DNA of 64,000 nucleotides from Raillietiella orientalis (taxonomy: Eukaryota), in assembly GCA_036172245.1 (NCBI GenBank), contig JAYWIR010000026.1, forward strand, positions 310,001-374,000, written 5' to 3'. Positions within the stretch are counted from its first letter, which is position 1. Each line of letters starts with the position of its first letter. The position numbers and the translations under genes were made by a program. The notes below the pieces were generated by a model. That model was not told the DNA's origin, did not search any database, and worked only from the letters and a program-made list of their open reading frames with translations. Below, piece after piece: positions 23,330 through 38,899 of the stretch.

Positions 23330-24000
23330 GGGTGATGAAAAATCTCCTACATCACGCTGCCCCCTCGCACTTGAACTCGGTGGCCCCACTGCAAACAGCA
23401 GAACGGAGTGAGGCTCGTCGGCGTGGGTCCTTCACCTTCCGCGTCACTCTATGTCGTGGAGTCTTTCGCAGTCGGGAACAAGGGAGCGGCTGCCTTCGGC
23501 TACTCTCGCTCGCTCTCATAGCAACGCGACCCCTTGCTCACTCCGCTTCCCTTCTCGCTCGTCCGCGTGACGGAACGAGGCAGCGCTGCTTGAAGTTCTT
23601 TCGCTCCTGGACCAAGGTCGCCCCCAAAGCCTTCGGGAGAGCGACCGCGGCAGAAAACGGCCCTTTTCCTTCCTTCCGGACGGCTGCAAGTGTTCGCGCC
23701 CGGGGCTGGAGTGCCATCGGGCGGCTACCATGGAGACGCTTCGAGCACGGCGCAGCTTCTCCGTGTGCGCGTCGCACGTTTTTGCCCGGATGCGAGCGAA
23801 CGGGGACTCCTGCCTTCCTCGTCTTTTCCTGTTTTCTTCCTTCCAAGTTCATCCCAGACTGTTTGGAAACACCGTGAAGGTGCCGAGGATGCAACAGGCC
23901 AGGCGCCCCCAGGAAGCTGCGCTCCTCCAGCCGTCCGGAAGCAAAGGCCCGCAGGATCGCCGGGGACATCCGCAAGGTCTCCAGCATCCCGGGACACTCC
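23330..24000 (+). mobile_element. Possible LINE ORF2 C-terminal relic
   Basis: The remnant ECHRAATMETL...C resembles the CxxC...ETxxH...C zinc finger at LINE ORF2 C-termini. Similar weak remnants occur at about 8340-9100, 36900-37800 and 57630-58350. Confidence 0.3.
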
Positions 24001-24149
24001 GATCGCCGGGGGAGTGGCTGTCCTCTAGCTTCCGATTCGGTCCAGCGAAATCTCCTGGGTCCGCAGCCCCAATCGCACCAACTTCTGGTCCGCCCCTTCC
24101 GCGCCTCAAACAGCCACCAACAAGACCACTCTGGAGTGTTGGGTCAACT

Positions 24150-24380
24150 GGGTGAGGTAGGATCAGCCACGTTTAGGTGAGGCAAACGACGTGAGATGAG
24201 GTCAGGTTGCTGAGGATGAGGTAGTCTACGCAGTTTGGGTGAGAAAGGAGTTGATGAGGATAAGTTAGCGGGGTAAGGTAGGTCGGGTCATTTGGTTTCA
24301 GGTAGGGCCAGTCTGGGCGAGGCAGATGGGGTGAAATGAGGGTACGGTAGATTCAGGTAGGTATGACGTGGCGTGACGTG
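24150..24380. repeat. Degenerate (AGGTN)n pentamer-like low-complexity tract
   Basis: Repeated aggtg/aggtc/aggta/aggtt units, with G+T skew on the + strand. Confidence 0.6.
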
Positions 24381-25610
24381 ATTGCGGAGAGTATCTCGCT
24401 CGCTCCGAATGCTGTGCATTGACCACGCCTTTTGTTTTTGTTTTTATTCCGCTTGGGAGTCAGGAGAAGTTCGGTGCGCTTCCATTTCCGTCGTAGATGT
24501 GGCGCCATCTCCTCCGTTCCTCCTGGTGAGTTCATCCACCCTGTCCTCCGCGGACCAGCGCTCATCGAAGTCTTCAGCCCCCGGCGCGTTTCTGGATTCG
24601 GAAAGGGGGGGGGACCTCCCAGCCGAACGGATGCCCGTGGCGCGGATCGGGGAAAGATGGGAAATTCCCTCCAAAGTGGTCCAGCTAGTTTCGAAATGAG
24701 GAAACGATTGTAACTTTATTCCCGAGGTGGTAAGAAAGTCCCCCCATGATTGGTTTGGGCACCCTACTGTTCCGGAGAAAAGGGGCCCCCATCTCTCGGA
24801 AGGAGGCCCACGCAGCTATTCTACCTTAATTTAATCAACCGAGACACTTCCTCCTCGATTTCCACGTCTGGAGCCGCAGCGGTCGGTGCGTATCACTTAG
24901 CGCTGGGGGAGGGAGCTGAAACATAAATTTCTCGCGCCTTGTTTGGAACGCCATCTCTGTAACTTTCGACTAAATTTCATTTTCCGGCGGCTTTGTGAGC
25001 GGGGAGGCGGCGCGGTCGAATGGCTGCCGAATGACTCCGCGGACATTCGCCGAGAAGTGAGGAAAAAATACGCCCGAGCTCAAAAGGAAAAAACCCGAAT
25101 GAAAGAAGTGAAAGACGACGAATTAAAAAAAGAAAAAAAGAAGAGAGGGAGAGAGAGACGGAGGAGACGGCAGAGCTTTTTCTTTCTTTCCTGCTTTCCC
25201 CCTCTCTCTCCCTCTCCGCTGGTACGGAAAGCTGGACCGATGCGATGCAGCAGATGGGGGAGGTGACTCCACAGCCTGCACGTTCGGCAAACGGGACCGC
25301 GTCTCAGGAATGGTCGTGGGTCGTTTCCAACCGAGGTCGTTTCCCCTGGGATGAACGCTCCCCTCTCCAGCTTTGCTACCTGGATTTTCTTCCCATCTTT
25401 CCTTTCCCCTCCTCCCGGAGGAAGAAGAGTGGTCGTCGCTTCGACAGACTCGCGATGACCCGAAGCCAAGGTGGCACGCGTTTTCCGACTTGCACCGAGA
25501 ATCCTTCCGACGGTCGCGAAAACCCTAAGAGACCTTGCTGGATGCGGTGGACCACTCTCGGATCAGCCTCGCATCGGAAACCAGGCGCACACCGCTCTGC
25601 AGTCGAGATG

Positions 25611-26026
25611 ACGGTGGACCCCCGTATAACGCGGTGAAGCAGCCCGTGCAGCGCTGCGGATAAGCTCCCACCTTGCACCGCAGCGTCCGTTTTTTCTCGA
25701 AAAACACCAACGGTGACTCAAGCAGCCATCCTCTTTTTCGGCAATAAAACAGCGCAATTTTTTTGCCGGCAACGAGGAAGAGGCAGAGCTGCAGCCACAG
25801 AGCTGTTTCGGATTGCGCATCAACGGCAATCCGAAAGCTCCTTCTCGCTTCAAGATTAACGACGAACGGAAAGATTTTTTTTCCTCCTTTTTCGATTCAA
25901 TCGGAATAACTAACATCTTGCTGTTAGCACGTCGTGAGGTGCTTAATGAACACCGCCACGTGTAAGCCCCACAGGACTGTTATAACGCGGAATGCGTCGT
26001 CCGCTTTATACGAGTCCTTCTTTGTA
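25611..26026. mobile_element. Tigger/pogo-like (Tc1-mariner) MITE relic
   Basis: Left end acggtggacccccgtataacgcgg and right end ccgctttatacgagtcc...tgta are imperfect inverted repeats. The same cgtataacgcgg motif recurs at 59946-59994. Confidence 0.55.
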
Positions 26027-27399
26027 CCTCTCTTCTGAGTAGCCCTCCGGTGCATCAACATCTGCCAAAGAGCATCCTTGTCTTCTCCCTTTCGAGTGCG
26101 GTCGGCGGCAGGGTGGCATCCCGGCGGGCTGCCGCGATGACGCTGACCTCGTTGCTTCGAGCACGAGAAACGCAGGGCACGGACCCCACCGCGAAAGCAG
26201 AAGGGGAAGAGGGGGGGGGGGTTTCCCCGGTTCCTGGCGAAGTGTTCCTGACTCGTGCCCTGGCTACGAGAAGGCCACGCGTGTGCCTTTCGGAACCCCC
26301 GCAGACCGATTTGGCTGCGCCAGCCGAGCTCCTTGGCGGTGTCGCGAAATGCCTATGGCTTTCCCGCAGCATCGCCGAGACGGCCACACAGAGGATCTTT
26401 GGATTTACAGCCGGTTTCCGAGAGTCCCTTTCATCAGGGCGAAATTTATTCGCGCTCTGCGTTTCGAGTGAAAAAAAGAAAATTTGACCGCCTCGCAGCG
26501 TGCCACGAAGTTTCCAAGTCATCCTTTACGCGGTTCGAGCACGTCCTGAAGGCTAAATAATTTTGAGATCAAGGACGACTCCGCGGAAAGATGAACAGCA
26601 TTCCGTCAAAAAAAAGAAAGAAAGAAAGAAAGAAAAAATGCTCGATCCAAGTAAACAGGTCGATACTTTTCCGCCGCGAGATCATTGGAATCCACGCGAC
26701 GCGTTCGGCTTCTTTCATGTTCTCGAGGATTTCCGAGAAATTTGAATTTCAGGAGATGAATGGATGGGAGTGGCAGAGTCTTCCAGGAACCCGCAGCCTC
26801 CACAGCTCCCCCCTCATTCGAAAACACAAACAGCTTTCCTCGCATATGCTCGCGGAGAAGCGATCTCCTTAACTTCCGGAACACTCGGCAGCACCGTCAA
26901 CCGTCTATCGAAAGCGCACCGCCGAAGACGAGCCTTCCTCTTCGCGGCGAAGGGTGCCTTCGGAAGTCGAGCTCTCGTCGGTCTCATCCAAACTGGTGCA
27001 CACCCCACGAGACATGACGTGACCTGCCTGGACCCCACCGAACCCGTAACCTCGTCTGAACTCGTCTGCCTCGCCCACACTGACCCAGCCTGACGTCGCA
27101 GACCTACCGAAGTCACGCACTTTCGTGGGAGCAAGCTTTGCATTCGAACCAAATGCTTTGGACTGCTATGAACTGATTGCCTCTGGTAATTTTCGCGAGG
27201 TGATTTGGGAGTTCCCCACTTCCCGGCTGAACGGAAAGCAACAGCGGTTGCACTTTTTTTTTAAAAAAAAAGAAAAAAGAAAAGAACGAACACCGTTGAT
27301 TTCTTTAGGAACATCTCGCTCAAGGTCGGCCCTGAAGTCATCCAGTATCCACGTAATGAAAAGGAGGAGGATGAAGTGGTGGTTGGCTGTCTCCGTCCA

Positions 27400-28150
27400 G
27401 CGCTCCCTTTAATAAAGACAGGAGTTTGGAGTTTTGGTTGCTTCTCGTTGAAGTCCTTCGCGAATGCTACACGTCGAGAGTGCGGATGAATGCCGGCTTG
27501 TCCAAGACACGCCCGCTGGCGCCCTACAAAGGAGCACTCGGAGCTCCGGGCCCGATTTATTTCCCGGCGCTGTTGACATCACGCTGACCGTGCGAGCGCA
27601 CCGCCATCCGACGCTCCCGCGGGTTCGTCCCACGGGATCTATCCGACTCCTCCCATTTGCAAACGCTGGCGTCGCTCCGCGCAACCTGCCTGGGAGACGG
27701 ATGCCTGGGAGACGCTGAACGGAGGGAGGCGAGGACTTGCAGAACGTTCCGACGGAGGACGGGTGGTGAACCTGCTGGACCATACCCCCAGCCTCTCCGA
27801 TCGTTGTCCCCGTATCCTTCCTTCCCCTCTCCCCCCTTTCTCCCGTTCCTTCCTTCCCCCGAAGCAGCGCTCTCGGACCATCTCGGGACGGAACGCGGAG
27901 TCTGCGAGGGAGCACCCACGGATCCGAATTCCAATTCCCCCCCTCCCCCCTCCGTTATCTTCTGCTGCCCGTTCCTCATCCCGGATGTTACGGGCAATCG
28001 TTTCGGCAGTGTCCGGACAGATCGATTTCTATAAAATTTCATTTGCAGGGGTGCCATTAGGCATTTCGGGGCCGAAAAGCTCGCAGAAGAGTGGCCTCAC
28101 CGATGACGAATGGGTCTGCCGAAGAATGGAGTGGTGGAAGTGTCCCAGGA
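27400..28150 (+). mobile_element. Degenerate LINE RT fragment
   Basis: Remnants RSSGPDLFP (KSPGPDG-like) and IDFYKISFAGV (LDFxKAFDxV-like) in the expected order. Confidence 0.4.
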
Positions 28151-28854
28151 GGAAAGGGGAGGAGAAACAAATAAAAATAAAAGACATCCTCTGTAAAATG
28201 CATCCTTTTCTCGAATAGGAGATGCTCTTCTCTCGTTCGAGAGGTCACGTGATGGCCGCATGCAGCAGCAAACGGATCGACAGAAAACTTTGGCCGGCGA
28301 GCTCGAAACCCACGTTTCCCCCCAACTTTGTTCCGCGAAAAATCTTGAAAATTTTACATAATTCAAATTTGAGAATGAACGCTTGTTTTGTTTTCTCCTA
28401 TATTTACTTGCTTTATTCATTTATTATTAATATCGACCTACCCTATAAAATAACTAAGTGTTCCGTTAAAGTTTCGGGATTTGGGAAGTGTTCCTCCATG
28501 GGGGAAGTTTGGGAAACTCGGAGTCTAAACGAGGCTTGGGGGCGAAGATGGCGGCAAGTTTTTTTCTTTTCTTTTTTTTTTTTTTAGCAGCAAACTGCTT
28601 TCCCTCTCTCTCCATAAATTCAGGAACGACAGATGCCTAATCAGACACCTAATTTAACCTTCAACAAACACTTTTTCTTTTCCTTCCTTTTTTTTTTTTA
28701 CGTATTTACGTCCTGAGCTCACTGGGGCCTGCACTTACTGTTTCCTCACTTTCACTAAATTTAAATTTAATTAAATTTAATTTATCTTCAATTACTGCTC
28801 GTTCTTGGATCGCCGAAAAGCAAGTTCGGAGGATGCACACAACAAGAAAAACGG

Positions 28855-30400
<1,546 letters not shown>

Positions 30401-31179
30401 CGTGAGGAAACCTCGATCGAAAGTTTTCGTCAAGGAATTTCTCTGGCCTCGACCACCGCAGGGCATTTCGTTCCCCCCCCCCTTCCCCGTTTGCTTCCCA
30501 ACTTCTTGCGGGAGCCGCTCGTCGATGCGGGCGCACGACGAAGCGCGCGTCCCCGATCCCGATTCCCGTAACGGCGCGCGGGATGACGGGGGAACTCGCC
30601 CGGGCGTGCTCGAGGGCCGCGCGCGCCCCCTCCTCCCTCCGCTCGGTTCGGAGGGCAGGAAACCGGCGGCGGCGGCGGTGCCTGGAGGCGCTCCCGGCAG
30701 CTCGCCTCCGGGCGACGCAGAAGATCGGCTTGTGGACCGACGGCGGCGACTCCGCTCGGTGCGAAGCGCCCGGAGGTGGGAAGCGCGCGGAGCGCACCGT
30801 CGGTTTCCGATCATTCCGTTCGGCCGGGAACGTCGTCTGTTCCGCAGGGGAGTGAGCGGGAGGGTGGCGGGGGAGGGGAGTTGGCCCTGTTGACTCGGAC
30901 GGAGGATGGGTTCCTCCCGCCGCAGCACAGGGGGCGGAGACGGAGGCAGCCGACTCGGCGCGCTTCGGCCCGAAACGGGGAGTGCCGTTGGTCCGCCTTC
31001 TGGCGGGGTCGCGGTCCTCCGACGCGGAGGTGCAGGAAGGGTTGAGGACGGGTCGAGCGCTCCCTCCAGCTGCGCTCGGACGGGGAGGTGGACGGAAGGA
31101 AGGTCTGTTCCGGACGCCAGCCTGGCTCGGTGAAGTTTTTTCGCACAGGTCCAGAGCCGCCCGAGGGTGCGTGCGGTGA

Positions 31180-32600
31180 CTTCGATTGGGGGCCATAGGG
31201 TGCTCCCTGACTCGGGGAGGGTCGGCTTCCAGATCCCGGCCACTCAACGGGGTGCCCGGTTCTCCAGCTTCCACTGGCGCCGCACCCGAGTGCGGGTGGA
31301 CCAGTGCCATCTCGCGGGAGGGAACTCGAAACCTGCGACGCCAAGCGTCGCGAGCGCGGAGACTGCGTCCGCGCCACCTCCAGCGCGCGCTCCAGTATGG
31401 TACTTCCCTTGATGGGTCGCTGTGTCACATCGCCCGCTGCACGGGTTTCCTCTCGCGACGGGATGTCCGGCTGTTCGAAGTGGAGAGCGGCACCCAGGCG
31501 GGATGCCGGGGCGACCTCAAGGGCGAGCGGAACGGGCGGCGGGGCCGGCCGCTAGGAGCGCGCGAGTGCGCCCGGCGAGTCAGGTTACCCCCCCCCTTCC
31601 CGGCGAGGGTCCTACCCCGCCGCGGTGGGCTTGCAGCTGGGCATTCGGACGCGGGGATGCTGCTCACGCCCGCGAGCAGCGGAGACCCCGGAAGGCGAAG
31701 CCCACCGCGCGTGCGCGCTGCGAGGGACCACGGACGCAGTCAGGACTCCGAACGGCACGAGAAGCGACCGTGCTGCAGCGACCTCAAGGGCAACAAGGAT
31801 GGCCCGCGACACTTTCATCCGGAAATTTGGCGCGGCAGGTTCCACGCCAGCAACGCTCGGGAGGGAACCCGTGGAAGGACAGCAGCAGAGGAGGACAAAT
31901 ATCCTCGTTTCTTCCTTCATTTTGCCTCAGAATGCTTCGCGAGCAGGAATGGGCGCAGGTCGGAAGGAGGAGAGCACGTCAGAAGGAGACGCAGGTCGAC
32001 AGGAAATGCAGGTCGGAAGGCTCACGAGTGGGTGCAGGTCGCAAGGAGGATCGCCAATTTCAAGAACACGACGTGTTTCGGAGACCCGGCGGTGGCCGTC
32101 CGCCTTAGCCATCTCGTCGCTTCGGGAGCCGTCCATTCCCTTCGGCTGGGGCGTTTTGCATGACGCCCGCAAGTCAGACTGCGATCTCGGACCCGCAGGA
32201 TCAGCCAAGTCCCTGCCCGCCGTGGGGCGGGGAGCTGAAAAGAAAGGAAAACCCGGGCTCCGGGATTGCGCCACGCGGCCTCCTGCGTCATCCACGTGTC
32301 GGCTCCAGCGAGCCGCAACGCGCGCGAGAGCAAAGCGCATTAAAGTGCTGCATTGTGACCGGTCGCCTGGCGCGTTTCCCTTGCGACAAGCACTTTCCAG
32401 GGTTGCGGGAGTGCCTTCCCGATACGAAGAGTCCTCATTGATGCGTGGAAGGGAGACGGAAGCAACCGCTGCGCCTTTTTCTCGTTCGCGTCCCGGGAAA
32501 CCACGGCTTGTCGAGTCGCTCGGCCTGGGATGGCGTGAGGTGTCAACAGCAAACCCAAAGGCAAAGTCCGGGCGCACCACGACTGCCTTGACTGTCCCCC
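31180..32600 (-). mobile_element. Tx1/L1-like LINE relic (ORF1 end plus endonuclease region), no RT
   Basis: cttccagatcccggccactcaacgggg matches blocks at about 1481, 12373 and 15666. Minus frames give AGIWKPT, LAWNL (SWNV-like endonuclease start) and PTCISC (zinc-knuckle-like). Confidence 0.55.
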
Positions 32601-32999
32601 AAATAAGTGGGTGCACGGGTCTGCAGCCGAGAATAGGCGCACGTTCCTGCTATCGAGAATAGGGGAACGTGCCTATTACAGAATACATAAGTACAGTATA
32701 AGCACGGTATAAATACTCCGATATCTCTGCTTCCAGTTGACCATGCTGCGAGAGCGAGAGTCGCCTGAGACCTGACCGATGCGTGTTGTTTTCGGCTGCA
32801 AAGAGCCGAGAGCACTCGGATTGTGTAGCAAAGTCCTCCTTGGAAGTGAGCCGAGAATCACTTACGGCGACCATCTGTTTGCTTTGCCAAATTCATCCTC
32901 TCGCACGAGGAAATTCATTTTGTGACGTCGGAGATGAGTTACGGCATTCCTCTCAGCAGTCAAGCGAACATCACAGAGAAGCAGAATGCATTCTGAATT

Positions 33000-34480
33000 T
33001 ACGATCCATAAATTCCATTTTATATTCAAAGATTTTTGAGGGAGAGAGCGAAAAAAAGTGGAGGAGGAGGAGGAAGAAGAGGAGGGCGAATCCTTTCCGA
33101 AATTTTACTCTGTTTCCAGTGGGCTGCTTGGTGGCGCTCATAAATTCGGCCGAGGTTCCATTTGCCACTTCGATCTCACGCCAGGCGCGCTCCGGTGCCC
33201 TGCGCGGGAGAAAAGGCCCCCGGAGTACGGTACGAAAGGGGATGCTTCTCCCCCCGTACGGAAGGCACGACAGGAGCACTGCTACGCGGAGTGTGCCGGA
33301 GGGCCGACATGAACGGGCGCAGTCCTTGCAGATCTTCAGCATGCAGACGCGCAAGCGCATTTTTGTACGCGTGCGTGAGCTGCGCGCACGTGGCTCACCC
33401 TCCCTGTACACGGTAGCAGATGTAAGTCACCGCTCAGATGTTTCCTCTGGACGACGCGCGGCATCTGTGAGGTCAAAACCGGGAAGATGCCCGGTTTCCA
33501 GCGTCAGTCCACGAAAGGGAAGCTGACCTTCGTTCGAGACACCCGGGCGGTTCGATCTTTTGGAGTCGCAGCTCGCCTTTGGACCGCAAGGATTCCCGGA
33601 AGCCAACAGAAGCGCCCGTCAGGTGACCGCAAAGATCGGAAAATGCCGGCTGCTGCTCAATCCACGGCGAAGAGCAAAGAACGGGCTCCTTTCAGCATCC
33701 AGCAGCGTCTCCTCCTCCGCCGGGCTGGCACGACGAGGGAATGCTCGCACGGCTGGAGCCCTCGACTCGAGTGCCGACCGATCTCTGACCGTCACGCGCA
33801 GGGCTTATCTCCTCCATCGGATGCTACTGCGGCAGGAACGAAGGCCTCCCGGCTGCCGGACGGCCGTGCACAGGGATGCCGGGAGCCAGGTCCGCTTCCT
33901 TTTGCACCTCTCTGCTCTCTTCAGCACCTGCTGGTTACCCAACGGGCGTCCGACCCCAGCGCCGCGTTGCCGTGGCGACCCGGAGCAGCGCGAGATCGCA
34001 GCGTGGGAAGCGGGCATCCTCCGGTATCAACACACCCTTCGCCGTACGAAGGAGCTCCGAGGAACCCTCATCATCTCAGTTCTGTCGCATCTTCGCAGGC
34101 AGTTTCGTGGTTGCCAAGGCGCGCCGGGGACAAGCCCGGTGCAAAATTCCCCACTGCGTATAGTTTCAAGTACAGAGCTCGACACAGCCCTCGAACGTTT
34201 ACGAAGGACCTGTTTTTTCTTCAGTGCATTTCTCGTGACTCTGAGGGAACACATGGAAACGGCGCGAACCTGCAAGAAGCCCGATGGCGGTTTCATTTGG
34301 CATCCGCCATATTTGGTTATCCGCAAAGCTGGGTACAGACTAGGCCCTCCTCGAAGGCCCATGCCTCACGGGTTACGGCACTTTACATCATCTACCTTCA
34401 GCTAGATTAAATCTGGCCGGTTCCTTCCCCAGCCACAGATACATTACATCATCTACCACCTTATTCTTGTTTATGACCTT
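33000..34480 (+). mobile_element. Possible Penelope-like retroelement relic
   Basis: Weak ordered remnants: LYTVADV (RYVDD position) and TAVHRDAGSQVRFLLHLS (resembling TxVYRKxTxTxRYLHFxS). Confidence 0.35.
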
Positions 34481-35184
34481 TCCTTTACCTTTTCTTGAGG
34501 GCGGTCCGGTTCGAAAACCAGAACGCCGAAACCCAAACGATCATGAAAACTAAATGCATAGGTTTATTATACATATTAATACATAGATTAGTATATAGAT
34601 TAATGTATGTTCTAAAGATCAAGCATAATGAATACATAAGTTTATTACATATATTCGTTTTCATTTTAATAAGTACCTGAAGACTTAGGTACTTAGGTAT
34701 ACAGAGGTGTGCTATCGAAATAGGTGCACATGCGTACTAAGCAAAATAGGTGCTCACGTCTACTGTACACACAGAAAGTACCTGAAGAGTTGCTTAGTTT
34801 GAAGAGCTGCCACGTTTCGAAAAATTGTCTTAATGGGAAGATGCCCTCGATTCTAAAATGCCCTCTCCATCTCGTGTGCTACGAATCTTCCGAGGCTGCT
34901 TTCGTTTCGTGAGACGTCTTGGCTTCCTGCTTGAGCGTGCGCTGAGGGACGGCCTAATGTCCCATCTCCATGGAGTGGATCCGCCCTCGCCTTCGGCACC
35001 GCCACTTGATTTTTCACCTCTCAAAGGAAACTCCTTGAGGGTTCTTCTTTCGAAATCAAAAGTTTCATCTCATTAAAGTTCAAGAAGGATGGGCCCAATT
35101 TGCAGGTCAAAGATCAACAACTCTGGATCTTCTTTTGGCTTTCACGTAGCTTTAAGAGAAATTCCTGTTGGGATTCTTCCGGTG

Positions 35185-35785
35185 CGAGCAGAATCCCGAA
35201 TATCGAATTCTCGATCATAAAAAATGAACACATATGTTTTTTTTTTATATATATTATACACATGTTTAAATATCGAATTAAAAAGAATACAAAATAATAC
35301 TGACTGTCCAAAATTGTGGGAAAAACAAAAAGGCAAACAAATTGAAAAAAAAAGAAACGAAGAAAAAGAAATGTTATTTGGAAACGTAATTTGGTATTTC
35401 GTTTTCCTGCCATTTGCAGCATCCAACAAAGGAAACCTTCACAGGAAATGGCGAATTCTATTTTCAGGAATCGATCCTTTGGTACGTATCCATGTTTCAA
35501 TTCGATATTTATATATTCATTTCATACATATTTACTATATGTATAAATTCAAATAACATGAATATTTATACATATGAAATAGCATATATTTTTGTAATCT
35601 TTAATACATACATTGAAACAGATTATTATATTAACAAAGCCTGTTGAAATAGTTGTGCATTAATCTGTCTCTCTCTATATATACATAATTTTTAATACGC
35701 TGATGCATATTAATACAATTGTATTAATAAATATGTATTTTTTATGATCTTTCGGCATTTTGATCGTTCGGGATTTCGAACCCAA
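35185..35785. mobile_element. AT-rich TIR element copy
   Basis: Ends are gaatcccgaatatcg...gatcataaaaaat and tttttatgatctttcggcattttgatcgttcgggatttcg. Internal 35310-35540 is closely similar to 3260-3460. A further left-end fragment lies at about 34510-34680. Confidence 0.75.
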
Positions 35786-38700
35786 TTCTTAGAGAAATTC
35801 TAGGAAAGGAGAATCCTTTGGAAAAACTACATCCTGTGGCAGCTGAAGTTCCTCCCAAAAAGAGGAAACGAAAGCGTGCGAGCTGCCGATTCCCCGGTAG
35901 TCGCATCTTTCACATTCGCGAGTGACCGGAGTCCTGTACGATGAACCTGCCATCTTGAGGAAGTGGTCCATTAAAGGATGCTTGCAGTTCGCGCTCGGTC
36001 CGCTCCTTCCCTGATTCCCCGTGGCGTCTTTCCCTCGCGAGGGCACAGGAAATTCGAAGCTCAGGAGGCACACGGGAACATCGGCGGTCGGTCATTTCCT
36101 AAGTGCATTCGTCTTCGGCACGTGCGCCTCCGTCCGCCGAGACCGAAGGGCAGCGTCCACCGTCTCGTGGCCTAGCAGCACGTGATGTTCGCCTTGGCGA
36201 AGGTCCTGGGAATTTCACCGAAAGAGCTGGTCCCCTGCGGGCCAAGCACTTTGCTTCCGGGGGCCCAGTCATAACTGGGACTCGGATGCTGGGGCAGCCA
36301 GAGGCTACTTTCGGGCGCATGTGAAGATGGAAAAGAGAACGCATGGGGGAGCGGAATAGGCGCGTAGCAAAACTTGCAGAAGCAAACGCGCATGCTAAGG
36401 AGATCGCACACGCTCTTCCACGCTTGCTTTGAAAAGATAGGGAACCGACCTCGGGGCGGGCCCTGTCGTGTGCCAAGAGAACCTTTTCTGCTCAGAACCT
36501 CCGTTCGGCGAGGCTCGTCGCCCAAAAGAGATGTCATTCTACCAGAAAACTATGCGAGAACGCCTCCCGTACTTTTGCGTTTCAGTGAATGGAGAACGTG
36601 TCAGCTGGCAGTGTTGCCAACTGTTTATATTATATTAGTTTATTTATTTATTTCATTTTTAAGGTCAGCACTTCATCTTCTCCTGCTGTTTTTCGAAGTG
36701 ACTGCAAGGCGAGCAGCTACAAACTGCCAGACATGAGATCCACGTTACAGACAATCGGGAAATCTCGCGTGTTCTCCTTTCTTCCTCGTTACTTCAGAAC
36801 CCGTGAATCGGGTTTGAGGATATCCACTCGAAACTCCCGCTCGTTGGAAAAAAAAAAAACATCTTTTTTTTCAAAAAGGATGGGGGAGGGGAACGGCTGC
36901 ATCCTGTCGCTCCCTGAGCGCTTTTCGGACGGAGTGAGGGTGTTTTTTAGAAGGCATCCGCTCTTAAGAAACGCTTGCGGACTTGCAGCTGCCGGAGGGC
37001 TGCATCGGCGGAAAGCGTCCGTCCTGCTCCGAGGTGGAATCCACGCTGGCTCGGCTCTGATGGTGCGATCCTCGCCTCAGCGGCGGCGGGGGCCGAAGGC
37101 AACACCCATCCGCCTTTCCAGCCTCCTCCTCCTCGCGCGCGCGAGTTGCGCGGAAGCCGCGCGTTCGTTCCGCGCCTCTCTCTCCCGCGCTCGCGCGCAC
37201 TCGACTGCTTTCGCCTGCGGTTCGCAAAGGCGGAAGGAAGGAAAGAGGCTATCGCTGCGCTCTGGGCCCGCACCCTCTTCCCGCGTCTGCAAATCAAGGA
37301 AGCGACACGATGAAAGGAGTCTTTCGGGAAGGAGAGGTCCCTGCATGGCAGCCGACGCGGTGGTTGGTTCGTCCGCCTGCGAGAGAGAGGGAGAGACAAC
37401 TGCATCTGCTCTCTGGTTCTTGTTTAGCGTGTTTTCTACCACCACTGCATTGTTTCTTCACCGACAAAGCCGTGCTCTTTCGCTGCTGTCCTCGCCAGCT
37501 GCTTTCCTTTTTTTTTTTTCTTTTTTTCTGGGGGCCCGACCCGTGGCCCCATTCTGGGGAGCAACAGGTCTCCTTTCCTCGGGTTCCCGATCGTGGCCTC
37601 CCTCGCGGGAGCTCCCATTTCCCGTGGGAACCGTTCTTTCGGCTTTCCCAGTGTCGCCTGCCTTCCGGTCATGCCCTACGCGGGAAATCTGGGACGCGTG
37701 CGCTCCGGGAGGAACGGGACCTCTCTGGCCCGTTCTTCGGCCATCCGGGCCTTATTTCCCTGCGGCGGTAGGTCGCGCGCCACAGGCAGAGTAGCGTGAG
37801 GTCTTGGCCACCACGCGGTCGCTGCTGGGCAGAGCGGCCGGTCCTCCCCAGGGCGCTCAACGCACGACCAAGCGACCCAGGTCACAGCAGCCGACTTCCA
37901 GCTGCCACGAGGTCCGCCGAATGATCCCGAAGCCCTGTTGCTCTTCTGCAACGTTCCCGGGAGCTCGGAGAGTTCACGCCATCCCCATTCTCCCTGAGGA
38001 AGAGAGATGTTCTGTTTCGCAGAAACGGTCTTCTCTTCGGTAGGGAAGCGGCAGGCACCCGAAAGGCGGAACGTGCAACGGGGAAGAATCTGCTAGGTGG
38101 CGCGTTGGGCGCGCGCTCTCTTCCCTCAGCATCTCTGCGGATCCAAGCCGCCGATGGCGAGGCGCCCGAGACGTCGGATTCCTTCAGTGAGGAAGCTGCG
38201 GGCTGACGGACGAGGCCTGTCCGTTCGGATCGCCCTCTTACGGTGCCTTCGATGGGGGATCGTCGAACGCCGCTGACACCTCGGCACGGAGTGATTGCTG
38301 AGGTGTCACACTAATTACTGCGCACCAGCTTTTCGATTGCATCCACTGCCCCACGTGCCACATTTCCGGGACGATCCCTCCTCGCGGCTTCTCGAAAGCA
38401 ACATCTGAAGCAGTGCGCCGGCAGGTCTCAGCTGGAGAGAATGAGAAGAGCCGCAGAGGTTGGGACGTCCCCGGACGGTGTTTGTTGGCGACCACCCCGT
38501 CCACATCATCGTTCGGCCAGGGCTGTTCGTTCAGTGGAAGCAGCAGCTTGGCTCTCCACAGAGCAACCGTTTCGCTAGAGAAATTCGCTGCCGTGGCAAC
38601 GGTTAAGCCAACAAAAGGCGCAGCTCCCGTTGATGACGGATAAGCAGTCACCAACAGGAGCTGCGGCGCTTCAAAGAATCATGTGGGATTTCCAGTGTGT

Positions 38701-38899
38701 AGTTTGTGTGTGCGTGCGTGCGTGTGTTGTCGGTGGAATTTCCTCTTCTTCCCCGCAAATTCACGCGTTCGAGGGCCACGGAATTTCCCACGGGCTTCGC
38801 CTGCGTTGCCCCGGCAAAGAAACGGGAAGCTGCCCCACGCCGAGTCCCTCGGAAAACTTCGGAAGGTTTCCACCTTCCATTCGTGAAGCATGGAAGAGA

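Noticed and set aside
24150..24380. Interstitial arthropod telomere repeat (TTAGG)n
   Set aside because: Too degenerate, with almost no exact TTAGG units. Kept only as a low-complexity repeat.
26405..26445. Hammerhead ribozyme core (minus-strand CTGATGA...GAAA)
   Set aside because: No convincing stem II or flanking stems could be formed. Other CTGANGA hits failed likewise.
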